From contig NZ_CANNES010000004.1 in NCBI RefSeq assembly GCF_947503705.1, positions 1-64,000 of the forward strand: a stretch of DNA of 64,000 nucleotides, given 5' to 3'. The notes under the pieces are model-generated. The model ran no database searches and was not told the origin of the DNA. It worked only from the letters and a program-made list of their open reading frames with translations. Positions 37,906-46,837 of the stretch are shown here, in pieces. Position numbers and translations under genes: made by a program. Each line of letters begins with the position of its first letter. Within the stretch, counting starts at the first letter, position 1. This DNA comes from an uncultured Tateyamaria sp. (GTDB taxonomy: Bacteria; Pseudomonadota; Alphaproteobacteria; Rhodobacterales; Rhodobacteraceae).

Positions 37906-40314
37906 TCAGCCTCGCATCGCGGCGCCAGTGGGATCATAGGGCGACGGCGCGATGACCTTTGCGGGCCGCTCGACCCCCACGATATGCACCTGCAGGTCAG
38001 TCCCCTCGCCCGCCACATCGACGTCCACCATGGCCATAGCAAGCGACTTGCCCACCGTGTGGCCATAGCCGCCCGAGGTCACAAAGCCGACCTTGCGGCC
38101 GTCCTGCCATACGGGTTCGTATCCACTGGCATCGGCATCCGCCGCGTCAATCTCAAGCGGGACAACGATCTGCGCAGGCCCATTGCCGTCCCGCTCGGCC
38201 AGCGCCGCCTCGCGGCCCACAAAATCGCCCTTGGTCCAATCGATCCAACGGTCCATGCCCGTCTGCGCCGCCGTATACCCTTGGGTGAACTCTGCACTCC
38301 AAATGCCAAAACTTTTTTCCAGCCGCAGGCTGAGAAGCGCGTTGAACCCCACCTCGCGAATGCTCAGATCGGCCCCCGCCTCCAGCAGCATCTTGCGCAG
38401 CCCGATATGCTCGGAAGCGGCGCAATGGATCTCGTACCCCAACTCACCCGCGACTGACAAACGGCCGACTTTGGCGCGGATCAGGCCCAGATCAAACGGC
38501 GCACAGCCCATAAAGGGCAGGTCGCCCACAGGCTGATCCGTCAGCTTTTCCATAACCTTGCGACTGTTTGGCCCCGACAGGCTGAACCCCACCACAGCGT
38601 CCGAAATGTCTCGCACATCAACGGCGTCGGACATGTGATCATGGAACCAGCGCATGTGCCAGTCGCGCAGGTAATAGCTGCCCATGATCCACCAGGTGCC
38701 GTCGCCCCAGTTGAACACGGTCAGGTCACCGCGCATCTTGCCCGTGGGCGACAACATCGGCGCCAGACGGGCGCGGCCCGGTGCCGGCAACTTGGATGCC
38801 ATCACCCGGTCCAACCACGCCTCGGCCCCCGGCCCCGACACCTCGAAGCGCGAAAAGGCGGTGATGTCCAACAGGCCCACAGCCTCGCGGACCGCCTTGC
38901 ACTCGTCCGCCACAACCTCGAACGCATTCGACCGTTTCAGGGTCGGCTTTTCCTCAAACGCCTCATTGGGTGCAAAATACAAAGGTAGCTCAAGGCCATA
39001 GCTGGCCCCCCAGCGCGCGCCTGCCGCCGTCATATCCGAATAGGCAGGGGCCATTTTCAAGGGCCGTCCGGCAGGCAACTGCTCGTTCGGGTAGGTCATC
39101 ACAAAGCGGCGGGTATAGAATTGGCCGGTCGTTTCCTTGATGAACCGCTTGTTCTGCGCATAGTCGCCATAACGGGCCACATCCATGCCAAAGACATCCG
39201 CTTCAGGCTCTCCATGGATCATCCATTCGGCCAAGGATTTTCCGACGCCGCCACCCTGCAGGAAACCCGCCATAACTGCGCAAGCGCACCAATACCCTTT
39301 CTTGCCCCGCACCGGCCCCACCAGCGGATTGCCATCGGGCGAGAAGGTGAACGCCCCGTTGACCCAGGTCTTGACGCCCACATGCTGCAAAGCCGGATAA
39401 CGTTCAAAGCCCAGCGTCAACTCGTGTTCGATCCGGTCGGTGTCTTCCTGTTGCAGCTCGAACCCGTATTCCCAGGGCGCGCCGTCCATCATCCAGTGCT
39501 CGTGATCGACCTCGTAGATGCCCAACAGGATGCCCTTCTGGTCCTGCCGCATATAGGTGAACCCTTCGAGGTCGACGGTCATCGGCACCTCGAAATCCAG
39601 CTTCTCCAACTCAGGAATCGTATCCGAAATCAGATAGTGGTGGTTGAGCGGCGACACAGGCAGCTCGATGCCGGCCATGCGGCCCACCTGCTTGGCCCAC
39701 AGGCCCGCCGCATTGACCACATGCTCGCAGGTGATGGTACCCTTTTCGGTCACAACCTGCCAGCCATCCGCCGTCTGGTTCAGCTCCAGAACGCGATTGT
39801 TCTCGATCACGGTCGCCCCGTGTTTCTTGGCAGCCCCGGCATAGGCATGGACGGTGCCGGTTGTGTCCACGTACCCTTCCCGGTCAGCCCACATGCCGCC
39901 CAGGATGCCATCGGTGGACATGATCGGGCACAGCTCGCCCGCCTCTTCCGGCGTGATCAGGCGCACATCGTCAATGCCGATAGATTGGAACGTGCGATAC
40001 GCCGATTGCAGCCATTCCCAACGATCAGGCGTGCCCGCCAAAGTCATGCCACCCGTCATGTGCAAGCCGATATCCTGGCCCGATTCTTCCTGGATTTCGG
40101 ACAAAAGGTCGATGGTATAGGCCTGCAATCCCGCAATGTTGGGGTCCGCATTCAGCGCGTGAATGCCGCCCGCTGCGTGCCAGCTCGAGCCTGCGGTCAA
40201 AACCGACCGTTCAATCAAACACACGTCTTTCCAGCCGAATTTCGCCAGATGATAAAGCACGGACGTGCCCACAACGCCGCCCCCGATGACAACAACGCGG
40301 TAATGAGTGTTCAT
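37906..40314 (-). CDS. Dimethylglycine/sarcosine dehydrogenase-family FAD oxidoreductase with a C-terminal GcvT-like folate-binding domain
   Basis: Start at ATG 40314 with a GAGGGG Shine-Dalgarno. 'YRVVVIGGGVVGTSVLYHLAKFGW...SSWHAAGG' is the DAO FAD motif. The C-terminal half carries an aminomethyltransferase fold. Confidence 0.85.
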   Translation of the reverse strand: MNTHYRVVVIGGGVVGTSVLYHLAKFGWKDVCLIERSVLTAGSSWHAAGGIHALNADPNIAGLQAYTIDLLSEIQEESGQDIGLHMTGGMTLAGTPDRWEWLQSAYRTFQSIGIDDVRLITPEEAGELCPIMSTDGILGGMWADREGYVDTTGTVHAYAGAAKKHGATVIENNRVLELNQTADGWQVVTEKGTITCEHVVNAAGLWAKQVGRMAGIELPVSPLNHHYLISDTIPELEKLDFEVPMTVDLEGFTYMRQDQKGILLGIYEVDHEHWMMDGAPWEYGFELQQEDTDRIEHELTLGFERYPALQHVGVKTWVNGAFTFSPDGNPLVGPVRGKKGYWCACAVMAGFLQGGGVGKSLAEWMIHGEPEADVFGMDVARYGDYAQNKRFIKETTGQFYTRRFVMTYPNEQLPAGRPLKMAPAYSDMTAAGARWGASYGLELPLYFAPNEAFEEKPTLKRSNAFEVVADECKAVREAVGLLDITAFSRFEVSGPGAEAWLDRVMASKLPAPGRARLAPMLSPTGKMRGDLTVFNWGDGTWWIMGSYYLRDWHMRWFHDHMSDAVDVRDISDAVVGFSLSGPNSRKVMEKLTDQPVGDLPFMGCAPFDLGLIRAKVGRLSVAGELGYEIHCAASEHIGLRKMLLEAGADLSIREVGFNALLSLRLEKSFGIWSAEFTQGYTAAQTGMDRWIDWTKGDFVGREAALAERDGNGPAQIVVPLEIDAADADASGYEPVWQDGRKVGFVTSGGYGHTVGKSLAMAMVDVDVAGEGTDLQVHIVGVERPAKVIAPSPYDPTGAAMRG

Positions 40315-40458
40315 GGTCTTTCCCCTCGACAGATGCGCGGGCGGTGGGCCGTGCGCAGGCTCTAAACAGTTCTGTCCAATACTCTGCAAATCTTTGGACA
40401 GGACTGTCTAGAGCCGTTTGCGACATCCCTAACCTGTAATCCCGACAAAGTGGCGTGT

Positions 40459-41217
40459 TCAGACCAGCGTCTGCATCCAGCCCAACGTGGCGTCCGTATC
40501 GCCGCCGGGCTTGTACTCCGCCCCCAAGGGTGCGTCCCATCCCATCTGGTCAATGGCGGCAAAGATCGCCGCATAGTTCAGCTCGCCCTGATCCGGCGCG
40601 GCCCGCTCCGGGACAGAGGCAAATTGGATGTGCCCGATCTGCGTCTTCAAAGCTCCAAGACGGGTGATCACATCACCCTCATTCCGGCCCACATGATAGC
40701 AGTCAAACATCAGCTTGAGGTTCGGCGCATTGACCTCCGCGATAATCTGCGCCGCCTGATCGGTGGTCTGCAAATAATACCCGGGCGCATCATGCCGGTT
40801 CAACGGCTCAATCAAGATGGTCCGATCCCCCGCTGCACCGCAAGCATAGCGCAAGTTCTCAACAAACGTCTCACGGGCCGCCGAACCACTGGCAAAGCCC
40901 GCCATCACATGCACCGCCCCGACCTTGACGACCCGGGCATAGTCCAGAGCCTCGTCAATGGCCGCCCGTGCCTCGGCCTCGCGCCCGGGCAAAGCGCACA
41001 GGCCATTCTCACCCGCCGCAACATCGCCTCGCCGCGTGTTCAAGCCCAACATCGGCAGGCCCGTGTCGTCCAGCGCGGCGCGCACGGCGTCGGCAGACAC
41101 ATCATAGGGCCAATGGCATTCCACCGCATCAAACCCTGCCGCCTTGGCCGCCCGAATGGCATCGGGCAACGCGCGATCGGTCCATAAGAACCCAAGGTTG
41201 GCGGAAAAGCGGGTCAC
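40459..41217 (-). CDS. Hydroxypyruvate isomerase-family (xylose-isomerase-like TIM barrel) protein
   Basis: 'ANLGFLWTDRALPDAIRAAKAAGFDAVECHWPY' is the Hyi signature. Confidence 0.8.
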   Translation of the reverse strand: MTRFSANLGFLWTDRALPDAIRAAKAAGFDAVECHWPYDVSADAVRAALDDTGLPMLGLNTRRGDVAAGENGLCALPGREAEARAAIDEALDYARVVKVGAVHVMAGFASGSAARETFVENLRYACGAAGDRTILIEPLNRHDAPGYYLQTTDQAAQIIAEVNAPNLKLMFDCYHVGRNEGDVITRLGALKTQIGHIQFASVPERAAPDQGELNYAAIFAAIDQMGWDAPLGAEYKPGGDTDATLGWMQTLV

Positions 41218-42113
41218 TCGCCCTCTCCCGGCAGGGTCAGCCCCGCATTGCGGGCATAGACCTTGGCCACTGCCGCATCATCCTCGTGCCCCAGCCCCAT
41301 GCCCGCCGCGGCAATGAACTGCTGCAAGGCGGTGGCGGTAATGGGCGCGCTGAAATTGGCGGATTTCGCAATGTCCAATACGATCCCCAGATCCTTCGGC
41401 CAGATATTCACCTGACTGTGCGGCGTATAATCGCCCGCCACGATATGGGGCGCCCGGTTCTCCAGCATCCAGCTTGAGCCGGCGCATTTGCTGATCACCT
41501 CAACAAATTTTTCAGGGGTGACGCCTTGGGTCATCCCAAAGGTCAGCGCCTCGGCCATCGCAGCGATATGCACTCCGGCCAAGAGCTGGTTCACGGCCTT
41601 CATGGCCGACCCCGGCCCGGCCGTATCGCCCAGCTCAAAAACCGTCTCGGCCGTCGCCTCCAGCACCGGATGGGCGGCGGCAAAAGCCTCCGCCGTACCG
41701 GCCGCCATCACCGACAGCTGTCCCGAAGCGGCCTTGATCGACCCACCGGAAATGGGCGCATCCAGGTAATGCACGCCCAAAGCAGAACAGCGCGCTTCCA
41801 TCTCCTTGGCAAAAGCGGGTGGCACAGTGGCGCAGGCCACAACCACCGCGCCCTTCCGCATCAGAGGCGCAATGCCATTCTCCCCGAACAATACACTCTC
41901 GGTCTGCGCCGCGTTGAGCACAACAACCATCGCCGCATCCAACTGCCCCGCGACATCGGCCAAAGCACCCGGCACACCTCCTTCCGTACGGAACCGCGCC
42001 ATCGGTGCGTCGGCCACATCAAACCCATAGGTCTCGTGGCCCGCCGCCAGGCAGGACTGCGCCATGCCATAGCCCATTGACCCCAAACCAATAACTGCCG
42101 TCCGCTGCCCCAT
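41214..42113 (-). CDS. NAD(P)-dependent 3-hydroxyisobutyrate/tartronate-semialdehyde reductase-family dehydrogenase
   Basis: 'AVIGLGSMGYGMAQS' Rossmann motif and the HIBADH-family catalytic region. ATGA overlap with the hyi-like gene. Confidence 0.8.
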   Translation of the reverse strand: MGQRTAVIGLGSMGYGMAQSCLAAGHETYGFDVADAPMARFRTEGGVPGALADVAGQLDAAMVVVLNAAQTESVLFGENGIAPLMRKGAVVVACATVPPAFAKEMEARCSALGVHYLDAPISGGSIKAASGQLSVMAAGTAEAFAAAHPVLEATAETVFELGDTAGPGSAMKAVNQLLAGVHIAAMAEALTFGMTQGVTPEKFVEVISKCAGSSWMLENRAPHIVAGDYTPHSQVNIWPKDLGIVLDIAKSANFSAPITATALQQFIAAAGMGLGHEDDAAVAKVYARNAGLTLPGEGE

Positions 42114-42188
42114 ATTCGATCCCTCCAGGTTCAGGCACGTACCCTAACGACGCGGCGCACAACTGCAATCACGCAGGGGGGGCCAATG

Positions 42189-42214
42189 CTTCATTGTTCC
42201 AAAAATACTCAAAT
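42189..42214 (-). repeat. Copy (c) of the conserved ~25-bp AT-rich motif TTTGAGTATTTTTGGAACAATGAAG, lying about 75 nt upstream of the dehydrogenase gene start
   Basis: Minus-strand reading is ...TTTGATTTGAGTATTTTTGGAACAATGAAGCATTGG. It matches 59591-59615 and 61705-61723 exactly over the core TATTTTTGGAACAATGAAG. Confidence 0.7.
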
Positions 42215-42231
42215 CAAAGTACCGTGTCCCA

Positions 42232-43683
42232 TCAGCGCGTCGCAGCCAGCAATCCATCCACATCCACATGCGCCTCCAACCAGTCGGCCAGACCATCCAA
42301 CGTTTCCTGCACGGTGTGGTCATAGGTGGCCTCCGCCGCCCTCACGCCAAAACCCGCAAGCCAGGCCCGGCGAAAACCATCACTGCGAAACATCCCGTGC
42401 AAATAGCTGCCCGCAATGCGGCCATCGGCACTCATCGCGCCCTCATCCGCGCCATCAATCCGTGCGAAAGGGCGCGACCGATCCGGCCCCTCACTGCGCC
42501 CCTTATGCATCTCATAGCCCGAAATCGCGCAGCCTGTCGGCACATGCACCGCGCTGACTTCGGTCAATCGCTTGTCCCCGGTCATCACCGTCTCAAGGTC
42601 CAATAGGCTCAGCCCAGCTTCCGTCCCCGGTAGCCCCTCGATCCCCTCAGGATCAGCCACGGAATGACCCAGCATCTGCAACCCCCCGCAAATGCCCAAC
42701 ACATGACCACCCCGCCGGTAATGCGCCCGCACATCCTCGTCCCACCCTTGGGCACGCAAAAAGGCCAGATCGCCCCGCGTCGACTTGCTGCCGGGCAGGA
42801 TCACCACATCCGCATCCGCAGGCACAGGCTGGCCCGCCTGCAACATGGTCAAACGCACGCCGGGTTCCTGTGCCAACGGGTCCAGATCGTCAAAGTTCGA
42901 GATGCGCGACAGCTTCAGGCACACAACATGAAGGCCCCCCGCCCGCTCCGGCGTCTTGATGTCAAGCGCGTCTTCGGCAGGCAGTTTCCAGGCATCGCCA
43001 AACCACGGGATCACGCCAAATCCGCGCCACCCTGTCTGGGCTTCAATCATGGCATAACCATCGTCAAACAGAGTCGGATCGCCCCGAAACCGGTTCACGA
43101 GAAACCCCTGGATCATCGCCGCATCGCCCGGATCAATCACCGCCTGCGTGCCCACGATCTGCGCAATAACACCGCCCCGATCAATGTCGCCCGCCAGGAT
43201 CACAGGGCAATCAGCAGCACGGGCAAAGCCCATATTAGCAATGTCGCCGGGGCGCAGGTTCACCTCCGCCGGACTGCCAGCCCCCTCGACCAGAACCAGA
43301 TCATGCTGCGATTTCAACCGGTTAAAGCTGTCCAAAACAGCCTCCATCAACCCCGGCTTCATCTTCGCATAGTCCCGGGCCTTCACAGTCGCAACGCGCT
43401 TGCCCTGCACGACGACCTGAGAACCCACATCCGTCTCGGGCTTCAACAGAACGGGGTTCATATCCGTATGCGGGGCCAACCCACAGGCCATGGCCTGCAA
43501 CGCCTGCGCCCGCCCAATCTCGCCCCCATCGGACGTCACGGCTGCATTGTTGGACATGTTCTGCGGCTTGAACGGCGCCACAGAAAGGCCCCGCCTGACA
43601 GCCGCCCGACACAGGCCCGCCACCAACATAGATTTCCCCACATTGGACCCGGTGCCCTGGATCATCAAAGATTTGCTCATCAC
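42232..43683 (-). CDS. cobQ: Cobyric acid synthase
   Basis: '[22 protein letters not shown]' P-loop and a C-terminal glutamine amidotransferase domain (GATase1 Cys). Confidence 0.9.
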   Translation of the reverse strand: MMSKSLMIQGTGSNVGKSMLVAGLCRAAVRRGLSVAPFKPQNMSNNAAVTSDGGEIGRAQALQAMACGLAPHTDMNPVLLKPETDVGSQVVVQGKRVATVKARDYAKMKPGLMEAVLDSFNRLKSQHDLVLVEGAGSPAEVNLRPGDIANMGFARAADCPVILAGDIDRGGVIAQIVGTQAVIDPGDAAMIQGFLVNRFRGDPTLFDDGYAMIEAQTGWRGFGVIPWFGDAWKLPAEDALDIKTPERAGGLHVVCLKLSRISNFDDLDPLAQEPGVRLTMLQAGQPVPADADVVILPGSKSTRGDLAFLRAQGWDEDVRAHYRRGGHVLGICGGLQMLGHSVADPEGIEGLPGTEAGLSLLDLETVMTGDKRLTEVSAVHVPTGCAISGYEMHKGRSEGPDRSRPFARIDGADEGAMSADGRIAGSYLHGMFRSDGFRRAWLAGFGVRAAEATYDHTVQETLDGLADWLEAHVDVDGLLAATR

Positions 43684-43759
43684 CCCGCCTTGACGCCGTT
43701 CAGGATCACTTCCAAAGTTCGCACGCTCGGGCGTAATTTAGTTTGTGGGATTGAACCAG

Positions 43760-44782
43760 ATGGAAAAACGATACCAGGTGTTCATCTCATCAACATTTCA
43801 GGACTTGCAGGGGGCGCGGCAAGAGGTGTCTCAGGCACTCTTGCGCGCGGATTGCTTTCCGGCGGGGATGGAACTGTTTCCTGCGGCGGATGAAGAGCAG
43901 TTTGAGTTCATCAAGACGGTGATAGACCAATCGGACTACTACATCATCATCTCGGCAGGCCGGTATGGGTCGATCCACCCGGAGACGGGGCTGAGCTATA
44001 CCGAAATGGAGTATGATTACGCGGTGGAGATTGGGAAGCCGGTGATCCGGTTGCTGCACAAAGACCCATTCAATGAGTTGAAAGGCGCGCATATCGAGCA
44101 TGCCGACAAAGGGCGTGCGCAATTAGCCGCATTTAGAAAGAAATTGTCGGCTTCCAGCCTTGTACGTTTTTGGGAGAGCCCGGAGACACTTGGAGGGGAA
44201 GTTCTTCATAGCTTAACTCACTTAAAGACAGCAAAACCGTCTAAAGGATGGGTTCGTGGAGAACACACAACCGCATCCGTGTCTCCGGTCGCGGGCTTAG
44301 AAAAAAATCTCAGCTTCGAAAGTTTGGCGCCTCTGCGAGTCAAATTGCGGTTCATGGACTTCGATCCGAACTCAATGAATTTTCTAATTAGTGATGACGA
44401 AGAACAAGCTTACGAATTGTCCAACGACTCATTAATTTTGAACGGCGCACAATTTGCCCAGCTACTGCTGGGCGGATTCCTATATGCCTCTGAGTTTGAC
44501 GAGGCGCTCAGCATGGTCACTGGAAAAGAAAGGGAGCGAGGAAAATCAAAATTAAAGCCCACGAAGTTGGCGCAGGTCCGCCCGATATTTGAATTCTTGG
44601 AAACAGAAGGGATTTTGATCGCTGTCAAACAGCGAGGATCTCGTCTTTCAATTTGGCGAACTGCGACACGCCAGCGTCCCACTCCTAGTCAAGTATATAT
44701 CTATGGAACAGATTGGACTTTGTCGGCCAGAGGACGTGCTTTCGCGGTACAGAACCGCGAAGCGATCGAATCCTTGACTTAA
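43760..44782 (+). CDS. DUF4062-type N-terminal domain protein with an uncharacterised ~230-aa C-terminal region; low-GC, horizontally acquired
   Basis: 'YQVFISSTFQDLQGARQEVSQALLRADCFPAGMELFPAADEEQFEFIKTVIDQSDYYIIISAGRYGS' matches the DUF4062 pattern (VFISSTFxDLxxER...L......P.GME.F.A). The gene's GC content is visibly lower than both flanks. The ORF is open from GTG 43745; the first ATG is 43760. Its stop overlaps the cobO stop (TTAA). Confidence 0.65.
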   Translation: MEKRYQVFISSTFQDLQGARQEVSQALLRADCFPAGMELFPAADEEQFEFIKTVIDQSDYYIIISAGRYGSIHPETGLSYTEMEYDYAVEIGKPVIRLLHKDPFNELKGAHIEHADKGRAQLAAFRKKLSASSLVRFWESPETLGGEVLHSLTHLKTAKPSKGWVRGEHTTASVSPVAGLEKNLSFESLAPLRVKLRFMDFDPNSMNFLISDDEEQAYELSNDSLILNGAQFAQLLLGGFLYASEFDEALSMVTGKERERGKSKLKPTKLAQVRPIFEFLETEGILIAVKQRGSRLSIWRTATRQRPTPSQVYIYGTDWTLSARGRAFAVQNREAIESLT

Positions 44783-45390
44783 AACTCCACCCCCCTCTGC
44801 GCCTTCACCCCCAAATCCTTGAACGGGTGCTTGACCAGGGTCATCTCCGTCACCAAATCCGCCGCTTCGATCAACTCGGGCTTTGCGTTCCGCCCCGTCA
44901 AAACCACATGGGTCATCGCAGGCTTCTGCTCCAACAGGAAATCGACGACCTCGTCGATGTCCAGATAGTCGTAGCGCAAGGCAATATTGATCTCGTCCAG
45001 CAACACGAACTGTATCTCCGGGTCCAGGATCTGCTCTTTGGCGATCCGCCAGCCGTTCTGGGCCGCCGCGATATCGCGCTCCCGGTCTTGCGTTTCCCAC
45101 GTAAACCCCTCACCAGAAACGAAAAACCGGCACTCCTCAGAAAAACGGTCCCGCAGAAACGTCTTTTCCCCCGTCGCCCAGTTCCCCTTGATGAACTGCA
45201 CCACCGCGCACGGTATCCCATGCGAAATGCACCGCATGATCATCCCGAAACCGCTTGAGGATTTCCCCTTCCCCGGCCCCGTATGAACCATGATCAGGCC
45301 CTTTTCCTCGGTCTTGGTCGCCATCATCTTGTCGCGGGCGGCCTTGATCTTTTTCATCTTGGCGTTGTGGCGGGTGGTGATGTCGTCCAT
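44779..45390 (-). CDS. cobO: Cob(I)yrinic acid a,c-diamide adenosyltransferase
   Basis: From ATG 45390: 'MDDITTRHNAKMKK...KGLIMVHTGPGKGKSSSGFGMIMR' P-loop and the BtuR/CobO family pattern. Confidence 0.85.
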   Translation of the reverse strand: MDDITTRHNAKMKKIKAARDKMMATKTEEKGLIMVHTGPGKGKSSSGFGMIMRCISHGIPCAVVQFIKGNWATGEKTFLRDRFSEECRFFVSGEGFTWETQDRERDIAAAQNGWRIAKEQILDPEIQFVLLDEINIALRYDYLDIDEVVDFLLEQKPAMTHVVLTGRNAKPELIEAADLVTEMTLVKHPFKDLGVKAQRGVEF

Positions 45391-45460
45391 GGCGTCCTCC
45401 GGGATGTGTCGCGGGTTTGGTGCCACTAATTTCAACCATGTGCCAGAGGGCATCGCACAC

Positions 45461-46069
45461 TCAGGGCAACTGATCCAGAAACGCCCCCAGCCCTGAGCGG
45501 TTGGCATCGGTGAAATGAAACCCGTGCCAGCCACGATCAAGCGCAGCCGCCACATTGCGTTCGGTGTCGTCAATCAGCACATGGGCCTCCGCCGCCGCCC
45601 CGCTCCACGCCTCGATATGGTCGAAATAGGCAGGGTCCGGCTTGGCACATCCCAACCGGCCAGAGGCAAAGATGCGCTCGACCCGCGCCCCAAATCCCAT
45701 CTCACGCTCAATATAATCTGCGCGCCGCGCCTCGTTGTTGGTGCCTATCACGTGGCGGGCCTCGGGCCGGTTCAAATGCGTCATCACGCCGAAATCAGGA
45801 TGGGCATCGCGCGCAAACCAATAGGCCAAGAACGCCTCCACATCGATCTGATGCCCTGCCGCGTGAAACCACTGCGCCAGCGCGTCACCCAGATCCATCT
45901 GCCCCCGCATGATCTGGCCAATGCGGGCCGGATCAAACAGGTGCGCAACCATGGCTTGTGTGTCGATGCCCCAATCCTGCGCCAGCCGGTCGGCCCAGAT
46001 GAAGCGCCCGTTAACGACATTCGCATTCAAAACGCCGTCAAAGTCCCACACGATGATCCGGTCCGGCAT
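45461..46069 (-). CDS. HAD-family hydrolase
   Basis: 'IIVWDFDGVLN' HAD motif I, with motif III later in the sequence. Confidence 0.75.
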   Translation of the reverse strand: MPDRIIVWDFDGVLNANVVNGRFIWADRLAQDWGIDTQAMVAHLFDPARIGQIMRGQMDLGDALAQWFHAAGHQIDVEAFLAYWFARDAHPDFGVMTHLNRPEARHVIGTNNEARRADYIEREMGFGARVERIFASGRLGCAKPDPAYFDHIEAWSGAAAEAHVLIDDTERNVAAALDRGWHGFHFTDANRSGLGAFLDQLP

Positions 46070-46169
46070 GGGGTCATCCTCCTCACGCGGTTCGGACCAA
46101 CATAAATCAAGCCGCGGTCAGCCTCCATCTCGTTCTCGCTTGACTCTGTTTCGGACCCCGCGCACTACG

Positions 46170-46360
46170 GATGCGCTGGTGCCCGAGGTTCGCTTTGGGT
46201 GAAAAGGGAATGCCGCGGGCCTCATGGCCCAAACGCAGCCGCCCCCGCGACCGTGACCGGAGAGGTGCCCCGCGCCACTGGCAATTGCCGGGAAGGTGGG
46301 GCCACCGACAGAGCAACCCTCTGACATCCGCAAGCCGGGAGACCTGCCAGCGTCGAGACG
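46170..46360 (+). promoter_or_regulatory. Cobalamin (AdoCbl) riboswitch in the leader of the DUF1636-cobW-cobN operon
   Basis: Conserved elements are present in order: GGTGCC...GGGTGAAAAGGGAATGCCG, then GCAGCCGCCCCCGCGACCGTGACCGG (compare GCUGCCCCCGCAACUGUAA), then the B12-box GCCACTGGCAA...GGGAAGGTGGGGCC. Confidence 0.85.
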
Positions 46361-46442
46361 ATTGAAACCGGACGGGGTGTTCCGGGTGTCGGGTCCAACG
46401 GCGCTGCCGTCCCGCCATTTTGCCCCGCCCTTTTGGGATGAA

Positions 46443-46835
46443 ATGATGGCCGAACTGCCTCCTGTCGAACTGCCCCCGGTCGAGCTTCTCGTCTGTGTCA
46501 AATGCCGCCGTGAAACGGACGTGCCCGAGGGCGGTCAGCGCCCCGGTGAAAAGATGCACGCCGCCCTGGCCGAATGCGTCATGCCCGATGGCGTGACCCT
46601 GAAAGCCGTCGAGTGCCTGTCCAACTGCTCCTCCGGCTGCTCGGTCGCCGTGCGCGGCGGGGCAAGCCGCTGGACCTATGTCTATGGCAACTTGATGGAG
46701 GACCGCGACGCCGACATGGTCGTCGACGGCATCACCAAATACGCCGCCACCGCCGACGGCATCGTGCCCTGGCGCGAACGCCCCGAACATTTCCGCAAAA
46801 ACTGCATCGCCCGCATCCCCCCGCAGGAGTTCTGA
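46443..46835 (+). CDS. DUF1636 metal-binding (Cys-rich) protein commonly found upstream of cobW
   Basis: 'LLVCVKCRR...VECLSNCSSGCSV' is the Cys cluster of the DUF1636 family. ATG 46443. Confidence 0.75.
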   Translation: MMAELPPVELPPVELLVCVKCRRETDVPEGGQRPGEKMHAALAECVMPDGVTLKAVECLSNCSSGCSVAVRGGASRWTYVYGNLMEDRDADMVVDGITKYAATADGIVPWRERPEHFRKNCIARIPPQEF

Positions 46836-46837
46836 TC

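Noticed and set aside
39121-40365. 414-aa plus-strand ORF opposite the DMGDH gene, and 42664-43893 (409 aa) opposite cobQ
   Set aside because: Both are antisense to strongly supported enzymes and have Arg/His/Pro-rich spurious composition.
43745-43759. GTG at 43745 as the start of the DUF4062-like gene
   Set aside because: The first ATG (43760) gives a start (MEKRYQVF...) just before the conserved motif. The GTG start would leave only 61 bp to cobQ and has no better RBS. The ambiguity was retained in the evidence text.
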